A stretch of 63,009 nt of DNA, the filler included, from Octopus bimaculoides (Eukaryota), in assembly GCF_001194135.2 (NCBI RefSeq). It is 6 parts of 5 records of this genome, joined end to end, with 100 filler letters (N's around TTAATTAATTAA, not from the genome) between each part and the next. Parts side by side here need not be neighbours in the genome. Positions count along the whole stretch, not along the records: positions 47,637 to 55,717 come from NC_068992.1; positions 55,818 to 63,009 come from NC_068983.1; 4 more parts are not named here. One strand, written 5' to 3'. The position numbers were made by a program, and so were the translations under genes. Positions 53,217-63,009 of the stretch are shown piece after piece. Under the pieces are notes generated by a model that ran no database searches, was not told where the DNA came from, and saw nothing but the letters and a program-made list of their open reading frames with translations. How positions within the stretch are numbered: the first letter of the stretch is position 1; each line of letters opens with the position of its first letter.

Positions 53217-53375
53217 NNNNNNNNNNNNNNNNNNNNNNNNNNNNNNNNNNNNNNNNNNNNNNNNNNNNNNNNNNNNNNNNNNNNNNNNNNNNNNNNNNNN
53301 NNNNNNNNNNNNNNNNNNNNNNNNNNNNNNNNNNNNNNNNNNNNNNNNNNNNNNNNNNNNNNNNNNNNNNNNNNN

Positions 53376-53420
<45 letters not shown>

Positions 53421-53634
53421 GTAGTATTTTTTTAGACTAATGGGTATATGTCAATTAGTGTGTTGAGCAAAGTACATTCACAGTTTGGGCTACCTAGTGT
53501 CATCCATGGTTGAGGTATACTGCCACTGGATCTATATCAGGAATTCCATAGTGTTAGTTAAGATAATAATAATTGATGAAGGAAATGGAAGGCAAATTTG
53601 GTACAAGTTTTTGTTCAGTACAACAACTGCTTCA

Positions 53635-53938
53635 ACTAATCCTGCAACTGTCCATTTTGGTTAGGATTTTGTACATCTAATTGTATTGCATCAATCTGCA
53701 CAGTCTGCACCACATCAGGTACATGCATAAAGAAGGGGATGTCCTGCTAAACCTATTGACCTGTTTTAGGCAAGTTGTTTGTGCCTGCTGTATCATGTTT
53801 ATGACTAGCTAACAGTTGTCTGTGGGTATATAACATAAAAATTTAAGTGATAAAATATAGGGAATACAACTTAAGAAAGACAAATTAGATTTAGGTTAAT
53901 GGGGAGGAGTGTGCACTCCCAGTCATAAGCACACTCCC

Positions 53939-53976
<38 letters not shown>

Positions 53977-54478
53977 TAAATTAAAGACACAGAATCATAG
54001 AAGAAAGAGAGTAAAACTGTCAAAAAATGCCTATATATGTGTCTATGCCCGATGAACATAGAATCCTGCGCCTTAATGTAATCTTTTTTTTTAACAGTTT
54101 TACTCTCCTTCTTCTATGGTTCTGTATCTTTAATTTATAGTGTGTGTGTGTGTAAGTGTCTGTACACTTGTGGTGAGTGTGTGTTCATGACTGGGAGTGT
54201 ACACTCCTCTCCAGTAACCTAAATGTAATCTTTCTTTATTAGGCTATATTCCCAATATTTTATCACGTTAATTTTTAAATTATATACCCACAGACAACTG
54301 TTAGCTGGTCATAGACAAGATACAGCAGGCACAAACAACATGCGTAGGACAGGTCAGCATATCTCGCCCGACATCCCCTTCTTTATGCCTGTACTTGATG
54401 TGACACAAACTGCACAGATTGATACAACGCAATTAGATGCACAAAATCCTACTCATAACAGAGAGTTGCAGGATTAGT
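53635..54478. repeat. Foldback: about 390-bp imperfect inverted arms with a spacer of about 60 bp
   Basis: Left arm 53635 to about 54027 (actaatcctgcaac...gagtaaaactgt) is the reverse complement of right arm about 54087-54478 (acagttttactc...gttgcaggattagt), including the internal (CA)n/(TG)n tract. Confidence 0.9.
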
Positions 54479-54539
54479 CGAAATGATCATCATACTGAAT
54501 AAAGACTAGCACCAAATCTATCTTCTGTTTCCTTTGTTT

Positions 54540-54601
<62 letters not shown>

Positions 54602-54714
54602 NNNNNNNNNNNNNNNNNNNNNNNNNNNNNNNNNNNNNNNNNNNNNNNNNNNNNNNNNNNNNNNNNNNNNNNNNNNNNNNNNNNNNNNNNNNNNNNNNNN
54701 NNNNNNNNNNNNNN

Positions 54715-54749
<35 letters not shown>

Positions 54750-55455
54750 CATATGATAGTTCATCCTCAAATTTGATCCAAACAACTACCAAAAATATAA
54801 ATAAAAGAAGAAAGAGCAAAAGAAATAAAAAAGAAAACAGAAGTATATACCTAAAGTTATCATGTTCATCCATTGGTGATTAATGAAGACAAAAGCTTCA
54901 ACTATACAGCACCTCAACAGAAGATACATCCATGCAAGGGACCAGTGACTCACAACTGCTCCCACCAATGTTACACCTTACATGCCTCAAGCCACAGAAG
55001 TAGTGGTATTTCATTATCACAATGTGTGATAACAACACAGCTGCCATAAAGGATCTGCCATTTATGACTTGAAAAAGATTTAGCCATCAGCAATCAATGA
55101 AGCCTATGACACACAAGGTGCACAGTCATGTGGAGTGGGGCAGAAAGTAATGACAGCTCCATATCCGTATATATATAAAAGCTGAGATGTGTGTGTGTGT
55201 ATGTGTGTACGTGAATATAATTTATGCACGTTCACAAATTAGCACGCATGTCGCTCCAATTTTAGGAGGACATTCGTCATGACCCTATCTGCATTTTCGT
55301 CAGCTTTTTCAATCAGAGGCACCCGCACGATAAACTTTTACCAATTCTGAAGTTTGTTTACATGGCGAAGTCAAGTCTGTGCATACGCAAGTGAAGGAGA
55401 GAGAGAGAACGAAAGAGAGGGAGAGAGAGAGAGAGAAAGAGAAAGAGAGAAAGAG

Positions 55456-55518
<63 letters not shown>

Positions 55519-55522
55519 AATA

Positions 55523-55717
55523 GTGATGTTTCATTGGCTTTCAAACTCCATACATGACTTGCCAACTTAGTAGCTTTGCTTTTGTCCTTATGATGGAAGG
55601 AGGCTATGTGATTGGCATAACAATTTTTAAATTCTCCTTCACATAATCCAATATAGGTCTTCTCCTCAGTTGTATTATTATTTAGTATTTCAGTAACTTC
55701 TGCCTCATATATGGCAG
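55523..55717 (-). mobile_element. Inverted near-identical copy of PLE GIY-YIG segment 49774-49968
   Basis: 195 bp with a single mismatch (gccaat vs gctaat) by eye. Bounded by a (GAAA)n tract and a linker gap. Confidence 0.85.
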
Positions 55718-55817
55718 NNNNNNNNNNNNNNNNNNNNNNNNNNNNNNNNNNNNNNNNNNNNTTAATTAATTAANNNNNNNNNNNNNNNNNNNNNNNNNNN
55801 NNNNNNNNNNNNNNNNN

Positions 55818-56141
55818 CTGCTCGTGAAATTAACGTGCAAGTGGCTGAGCACTCCACAGACACGTGTACCCTTAACGTAGTTCTCGGGGATATTCAGCGT
55901 GACACGGTGTGACAAGGCTGACCCTTTGAATTACAGGCACAACAGAAACAGGAAGTAAGAGTGAGAGAAAGTTGTGGTGAAAGAGTACAGCAGGGTTCGC
56001 CACCATCCCCTGCCGGAGCCTCGTGGAGCTTTAGGTGTTTTCGGTCAATAAATACTCTCACAACGCCCGGTCTGGGAATCGAAACCGCGATCCTATGACC
56101 GCGAGTCCGCTGCCCTAACCACTGGGCCATTGCGCCTCCAC
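55818..56141 (-). mobile_element. tRNA-type SINE family D
   Basis: Revcomp head gtggaggcgcaatggcccagtggttagggcagcggactcgcggtc...gtttcgattccc (A and B box-like). Other copies: 37948-38060 (+, head only) and about 56400-56575 (-, tail). Confidence 0.85.
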
Positions 56142-57198
56142 TTATGTGCAATAAATTGGCTATAATTCGACAATAAACAAAATATTTTAGCAATTTTTTA
56201 TACAGTTCTTAATAATATATAATTATAAATATATAATGGGATATTTTAAACAGAGTGGCTAAGGATGGGTCTCTGTAGAGTAATGTAAGAATTAAGGGGG
56301 TCCATAAGTTAAAATTGGTTGCGTACCACTGCTTTACACGGAAGAAGCAGTTGATTATATTGATTTAAGTACTCGAATAAATATCATATCTGACACTCTA
56401 TCAGTTACGACGACGAACGTTCCAGTTGATCCAACCAACGGAACAACCTGCACGTGAAATTAACGTGCAAGTGGCTGAGCACTCCACAGACACGTGTACC
56501 CTTAACGTAGTTCTCTGGAAGATTCGGCGTGACACAGAATGTAACAAGGCTGGCCTTTTGAAATACAGGCACTACTCATTTTTGCCAGCTGAGTGGACTG
56601 GAGCATAGTGAAATAAAGTGTCTTGCTCAAGGACACAGCGCGTCGCCAAGAATCGAACTCATGGTCATGAGCCGAATACTCCTAACCACTAAGCCACGCG
56701 CCTTCACAGAACTTGAATAATAATTTATTCTATTGATCTTAGATGGAGGGAAGTGGATTTCAACGGAATTTGAATACAGAATTTTTTATTTCTGGTAGGA
56801 ATTTAGTACTTAGCGTTTCCTTCACCCAACCAATGCTGAGAGAGAGTGGGAGGGAAAGAGAGAGGGGAAAGAGAGAGTGTGCGGAGAAAGAGAGGAATTG
56901 ATCCCAGTACTTAGATGTTGTTTTGTTTATCGATTCTAGAAGTANNNNNNNNNNNNNNNNNNNNNNNNNNNNNNNNNNNNNNNNNNNNNNNNNNNNNNNN
57001 NNNNNNNNNNNNNNNNNNNNNNNNNNNNNNNNNNNNNNNNNNNNNNNNNNNNNNNNNNNNNNNNNNNNNNNNNNNNNNNNNNNNNNNNNNNNNNNNNNNN
57101 NNNNNNNNNNNNNNNNNNNNNNNNNNNNNNNNNNNNNNNNNNNNAACCAGCCTCTTCGTGGGAGTGTTAGGAATTATTGTTATTATTGTACCAGCAGA

Positions 57199-57414
57199 TT
57201 CTTTTCTACTCTAGGCACAAGGCCCGAAATTTTGGGGGAGGGGAACAGCCGATTAGATCGACCCCAGTGCGCAACTGGTACTTAATTCATCGACCCCGAA
57301 AGGATGAAAGGCAAAGTCGACCTCGGCGGAATTTGAACTCAGAACGTAAAGACAGACGAAATACTGCTAAGCATTTTGCCCGGCGTGCTAACGTTTCTGC
57401 CAGTCGTCGCCTTA
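57199..57414 (-). mobile_element. tRNA-type SINE family A
   Basis: Reverse complement of the family A consensus seen at 29410. Confidence 0.85.
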
Positions 57415-57504
57415 CTGTACCAGCAAATTGAAAGTGATGTAATCGGGTCAGTGGTTCCAGGTAAATGATAGATATGTGGTTCGGGTTCCGTCAATGGGTT
57501 TAAT

Positions 57505-57925
57505 TTCATTGAAGGCTGTGTGGTTAAGCTCACTTTGTAACCCCATGGTTTCGAGTTCAGTCCCACCGTGCGATACCTTGGGTAAATGTCTTCTACTATT
57601 GTTCAGGTCGACCAATGCCTTGTGAGGAAATTTGATTGACGAAAACTGTTCAGAAGACTGTGGCATGTATGTGTGTGAATGTGCGTGTGTGTGCGTATGG
57701 GTGTATGTCTTTGTGCCTGTTTCCCACCACCACCACCGCTTGACAACTAGTGTTGGTTTGTTTAAATACCATAAAATAGCGGGTCAGCTAAAGATCCTCA
57801 TAGAATAAATAGCAGACTTTGGCAATAATAAGTTTTGGGGTCGATATGTTCGAGTAAAACCCTTCAAGGTGGTCTTCAGCATGGCCGTAGTCCAATGACT
57901 GAAACAAGCAAAAAGGTAAAAGATA
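57505..57925 (+). mobile_element. tRNA-type SINE family B, diverged
   Basis: Head ggctgtgtggttaag...gagttcagtcccaccgtg, central (TG)n, tail catggccgtagtccaatgactgaaacaag. Confidence 0.75.
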
Positions 57926-59546
57926 GTATAAAGGTAGCACATTTACTCGACATTTAAGGAAAGTATCATTGATTCCTAAGATCAATGACAAGCCTAAGAT
58001 CAACAACGTTCTATCAGTGACCATCCCATCTTTAATGAGGTGTGAACGACCACGTAAAAAGTCCATCGTTGTTTCGCGTAGAGACTCACTATTGACGTGA
58101 AGTTCGGCAGACTTGGTGCAGAGCCAGATAAAATTCTTGTGCTCTGATTACAAATCCTGTTCTCTTCGACTATAATTTTCGTTCCTTTAATGTCTATAAA
58201 ATACCTATCATTTAAGTATTAGGCTCGATTTAATGGATTTCTGAATTTCCGCAAAATCTTTTGTTCTTCTGTAGATGTTAAAAATCCCTGTTATGAAGCA
58301 AGTGGTCGATTAGTGGATTAGCAGGACCAATACAATGCCATACTAAAAGAACAGCTGAGCATACTTATTGGAAAGAACATTAAATATCTTAATTAGAAAC
58401 AATTATACGCAGTTGAAAAAAAACAATATTAGTCATTGAAAATATTTCTTTTTAAAGTTTTTGGCGAGTACCGATGCATATTTCAGTCTTACGCGACCTC
58501 GTCGGAAAAGCAAACACTTCATCGTACTTGCCATATAGAATACTTTGCGACATTTAGTTATGTCATATTCTGCAAATGGTGACTATAGGACTGTTTTGAT
58601 TTAGTTTTACTAAGTGATTATGCGAAGTAAAATCCTTATATACTGATTTTCTTCCATAAATTCTAGGTGCCACCAATACTTTTAGGCAAAAGCAAGAGTG
58701 GAAAAATGCGTCATGCGTCATGGATTTTAGTGGCTTTATGCAACAAGAGAGTGAGAGTTAATCTTTGCTTGCAGATCTAGTTTCATTCGTCCAGGTGTTT
58801 GTCAGTAAAGCAACAAATAAATTTAATTCAACTGAAGAAAGTGTAAACCATTCACTTGACTTTAGCAACCTCATGTTTAGAAACCTGTTGCTAGTATTCT
58901 GACGTTAGTAACACGATACTGGTAATTTGACACCGACAACATGATACCAAAAACCTGGTGATAGCGTTAAGATGTGAACAACTTAAATACTGCTGCTACT
59001 GTTGTTGTTGTTGTTGTTGTTATTGTCCTTATATTTGTTTACCTCCAGATCAACCCAGACATGGCATACTTATGATTAAGGACATTCAAGTCATTACCAA
59101 CTTGTCTTGTTTTTATATATCAGAGTCTATATTGTGCAATATGCCCTTTCTTTTTTAAAGAGTGCATTTTGAAGGAGACTTACATGCTATTTCTAACAGC
59201 GGAAGCTCTCTCGTTATCTCGTATTACAACTAGATGCTGTAGTTATTGTTGCTTAGTCCTATTTCAGCTCTGATCAAGCAGACCTTGGAATAAAAACATC
59301 CGAACCATGGCCCTTAAGTCTTTTCAGACAATTTATCTCAGATTACGTTATCCAATATGTCCATTTTTAAGCTGAGGACGTGTTTTCCAAGGAAATTTAG
59401 CTGTTATTTCTAACAGGTTGAACTGTTAGGTAGAAACTCCTAGCCTGAGCTCTTAAGGTCTGTACTTCGGTGCTAACCTGCTGATGAAGATGAAAGCCAA
59501 TAACCTTACTGTAATATTTTTTCAAGATATAGTGTAGCTAGAACTA

Positions 59547-59745
59547 CGCGGGGGTGCTGAAAAGTTTCTGGCTTTAGGTAACAGAAAATACAAGATCAGT
59601 TAATTATAATTTTATTCAACATATTCCCCTCTCAGCAGTTCTTCAGTTTTCCTAAGCCCTGTAAAAGAGCTCGGAAGGTTAGGCCTCCAACCAGGCCTTT
59701 CAGCAATCCCTCATATATTATCCAATGTGTTAATCTTTTTCTAGA
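59547..59745 (-). mobile_element. mariner-type transposon end
   Basis: TA|CGCGGGGGGTGCTGAAAAGTTTCTGGCT TIR-like end. The - strand encodes a degenerate mariner C-terminus ending GEYVE-stop. Confidence 0.55.
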
Positions 59746-60448
59746 CGGTAAGGTGAGATAAAGGTGGGGAGCTTTAACCGCTAGTTCCAGGTGTTCGATA
59801 CACAACGTAAAGGCTTCCTCATTGGCTTTTCTTCTTTTATGAATCAGCATTACATCAACAGTTAATAAGCGACACGCCATCAACAAGACTTGAGAATTAA
59901 TCTGTTTGTTCATACTAAGTTAGCTATTAGTAACCTACTGCAGTGTAAGTTTTAATGACATAGTGTTTCTTTCCTATATCTAACTTTACTGCTCGAAAAC
60001 CGATATAGGATTTTTTTTTTCGGGAAAAATATAATTCACACTCACACATAGGCACGCAAACACGTGCGTGCACAGTTACTAACTATGTCTATTTTTCGCA
60101 GCGAGGCTAAAACTAAGCTTATTGAACGAATTATTGTGACTTTAAAATAATCATCTATGTATCCTGCTTAACGTAAATAAATCGTTGAAAGACAATTTAC
60201 AGTGGTATTCGTCCAGAGATGGCGTCTCCTGTGGCCATGCTATACTTAAAATCCTAATATATATGTGTGTGTGTGTGTGTTTATATATAACGATGACCAC
60301 TAAGTGGACATCGTTATATATAAACATATACATTAATCCTCTAAGATCTCAGATATTTTTTATGAATCTCTCTGATTCTTTCAATGTGCTAGCTTCCTGG
60401 TAATAAATCGATATTAATATATGATTTTTTACCCTATGCTTTAATTTG

Positions 60449-60479
<31 letters not shown>

Positions 60480-60482
<3 letters not shown>

Positions 60483-60635
60483 GGGCTTCTTTCAGTTTCC
60501 GTCTACCAAATCCACTCACAAGGCTTTGCTTGGCTCGAGACTATAGTAGAAGACACTTGCCCAAGATACCACGCAGTGGAATTGAACCGAAACCATGTGG
60601 TGAGGAAGCAAGCTTCTTACCGCAGTCATGCCAGC
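60480..60635 (-). mobile_element. SINE family B 5' half in otopetrin intron
   Basis: gggcttctttcagtttccgtctaccaaatccactcacaaggctttg...gacacttgcccaag is the reverse complement of the family B head. Confidence 0.8.
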
Positions 60636-60804
60636 ACTGATATGTGGGAGGGGGGTGTATCTGTACTCATACATACATACATACATACATACATACATGC
60701 ATAAATACATATAAGTATATTTCTCCGACTTGATTTGTTCTTCAGTTTTTCCGACATTCCAGAATGATATCCAGTCAATTATTTATATCCTTGTATTTCA
60801 CTAG

Positions 60805-60968
60805 GTTTTGGTATCGGTGGTATGATCCACAGTGGTCTACAACTGGGACAGCATTTGCAACTTATCGGTGGATCGAATGACTGTGATGGTCTAATGCAAA
60901 TTGTAAAGCCATTATTTCATCTGGTTTTTACTTTTGTCCAACTCTACTTTGTATTTCTCAACCCTAAG
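60805..60968 (+). CDS. OTOP: Otopetrin-family proton channel, internal exon (end of TM3, TM3-4 loop, TM4)
   Basis: Acceptor ttgtatttcactag|GT at 60804/60805 and donor AAG|gtaaac at 60968/60969. Translates (x)FGIGGMIHSGLQLGQHLQLIGGSNDCDGLMQIVKPLFHLVFTFVQLYFVFLNPK, matching the otopetrin motifs FG.G.MI.SGL..G and P....F.F.Q.YF.FLN. Ends in phase 0, compatible with the next exon. Symbol is family-level only. Confidence 0.9.
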
Positions 60969-61655
60969 GTAAACTATTTAAATTTACAGATTTTTCTTTT
61001 TTCGTTTTTAATTTGGTCTACAAGATTTTTTATGGGACACCGTGTGTTGAAACAGATTTTGATTGATCCCGGGAAGGTCATTATGCCAATAATAAACACA
61101 CGCACTTATTCAATTTTACTTCTTTATTATTAGTCAATAACATTCCCGCTCTACTCCAGGGTAGCTTGAACATGCCATTGAAGGGGTAGTGAATGGCAAC
61201 GAAAGTACTTTGACAAAGAACTGGTTGAGTGATTAACCAAAAGAGAAAGCAAACAATCGTTTACTGAGCTGGTTAAATGACTAACCAGCTGATTAATAAT
61301 GAAAAAGTGCAACTTAACCAATGTGTGTGCTTATCAACGATATAATGATCTTCCCAAGTTACAGGTTCTTATCATTCGGGCTACAGCTTTTAAGAATTTT
61401 TTTTTTATGTTTTACATTAACGAATTATATGATCATATATATAACTATTAGTGCTCTGATTTTTAATGTTGTGTAACCATCAAGGTTAGCTTTGTGATAG
61501 CAAAGCTATGATCAAGTCATTTCCAACCATATCTTATTTTAAAACATAGTATATCTAGGACTACACTATCCGATGTATCTTTCCATTTCTTAAAATGATA
61601 GGATATGATTTGATACAGCGGTGACTGTTCATTCTAGTAGGTCAACCATTCACAT

Positions 61656-62015
61656 GTTGTGGCACTCCGTCGCTTACGACGTCGAGGGTTCCAGTTGATC
61701 CGATCAACGGAACAGCCTGCTCGTGAAATTAACGTGCAAGTGGCTGAGCACTCCACAGACACGTGTACCCTTAACGTAGTTCTCGGGGATATTCAGCGTG
61801 ACAAGGCTGACCCTTTGAATTACAGGCACAACAGAAACAGGAAGTAAGAGTGAGAGAAAGTTGTGGTGAAAGAGTACAGCAAGGTTCGCCACCATCTCCT
61901 GCCGGAACCTCGTGGAGCTTTAGGTGTTTTCGCTCAATAAACACTCACAACGCCCGATCTGGGAATCGAAACCGCGATCCTATGACCGCGAGTCCGCTGC
62001 CCTAACCACTGGGCA
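61656..62015 (-). mobile_element. tRNA-type SINE family D in otopetrin intron
   Basis: Highly similar to 55818-56141 over its length, plus the 3' tail ggaaccctcgacgtcgtaagcgacggagtgccacaac. Confidence 0.85.
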
Positions 62016-62160
62016 CCTTCACTGAGAGTAGCCCTGAGATAATCTATAATTTTAAGTAAATCATCAGTTGAAGATATTTCATTCCACATACGTCATAAAC
62101 ATCTTTGAAAATGCATGAACAAATTACTCTCCTCTAATTGTTTATTTTTGTTTACCACAG

Positions 62161-62488
62161 GTTTGCATCCATCGCTACAAGACATTGGCTCGTTTCGGAT
62201 TAATGCATATGTGCGGCACAAATATTTGTGTCTGGTTTCGTAATATTGTAGTGGAAACACTGCATGAGATGCATTCTGGGATTGCTCACTCTTCGAACGG
62301 TCATGGCAGTCACGGTCACGATCATCCTCTCGTTGAACATCACCAAAACAATCACACTACACATCCAAGTATTCATATGCATACCGTTCATCACGTTAAA
62401 GATACACATCATATAGAACATTCTCACAACTCGTCTCTTCAGCTCCATTCTCACCACAATGGAAATGTTTCTTCCACGCTAATTGCAG
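62161..62488 (+). CDS. OTOP: Otopetrin-family proton channel, internal exon (TM5 plus His-rich TM5-TM6 loop)
   Basis: Acceptor ttatttttgtttaccacag|GTT and donor GCAG|gtaatt at 62488/62489. Phase-0 start gives VCIHRYKTLARFGLMHMCGTNICVWFRNIVVETLHE, the otopetrin TM5 signature ARFGLMH...TN..VW, followed by a His-rich loop. Downstream exons (TM6-TM12) lie beyond the window or are not recognisable. Confidence 0.9.
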
Positions 62489-62544
62489 GTAATTGCGGAC
62501 ATTCTTTACCTTTTATTTTCCGTAAAAGAAGCACAGGCATGGTT

Positions 62545-62780
62545 GTGTGTTTAAGAAACTCACCACGGCGTCTTGGGCATGTGACATCCGCTACAACCCT
62601 AGCCGGCCAAACCTATGTGAATCAGTTTGGTAGAAGGAAAGCGCGCGTATGTGTGTATGTGACAACTGTTGTCGGTTTGTTCAGGTCCCCGTAACTAAAG
62701 GTTTGACAAAAAAAAGCCGACAGAATAATTACCAGAGTTTAAAAATGAGTACTGGGGTCGATCTGCCCGACTAAAGTCTT
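62545..62780 (+). mobile_element. Old, diverged SINE family B copy in otopetrin intron
   Basis: gtcttgggcatgtg...tttggtagaaggaaa...tgacaactgttgtcggtttg...ccccgtaactaaag...gtactggggtcga align to the family B body. Confidence 0.6.
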
Positions 62781-63009
62781 CAAATTTTCTTGTATCAAAA
62801 CTCAAGGAAACATGTCTTATGTCTATTCCCTATGAGTTCCTCCAAAATTCCTTTCGAACGAATTTTTGTGAGCATTTATTTATTCATTTATTTTCTGCAA
62901 TGCGTGTGCGTGCGTGTGTGTGTGTGTGTGTGCATTTACTTATGCTTATATAATATTTATAGATATATACAGCGATTTTCTTTTAAAAATCCTGTCTGCA
63001 TGAGCATTA

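Noticed and set aside
58667-58750. AG...GTGAGA-bounded open frame (GATNTFRQKQEW...) phase-compatible with otopetrin exon 60805
   Set aside because: The translation is hydrophilic and lacks the YLR.GA start of TM3 required at that junction.

Overview
AT-rich, microsatellite-saturated eukaryotic scaffold, about 7.2 kb (about 11%) N. The repeat repertoire resembles an octopod cephalopod (Octopus-like) genome; this is an inference, not a database result. The only confidently identifiable host gene is an otopetrin (OTOP) proton-channel homolog on the + strand. Two phase-compatible exons (60805-60968, 62161-62488) encode most of TM3 through TM5 plus an extraordinarily His-rich extracellular TM5-TM6 loop (22 His in about 75 aa). 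One further likely exon lies on the - strand (29690-30087). There is also a compact RFX X-box/NRF1/ETS-like promoter module near 20.9-21.0 kb. The rest is transposon-derived: several Penelope-like (GIY-YIG) retroelement remnants with inverted ends and hammerhead ribozyme motifs, an R4/NeSL-type RLE LINE remnant, RTE LINE pieces, Tc1/mariner, hAT and piggyBac-type DNA elements and MITEs, a non-coding LTR element that appears tandemly arrayed, an 850-bp foldback, and four tRNA-type SINE families. Five gaps contain an artificial 44N-TTAATTAATTAA-44N linker, so contiguity across them is not guaranteed. Almost all entries of the supplied ORF track are microsatellite or N artefacts.
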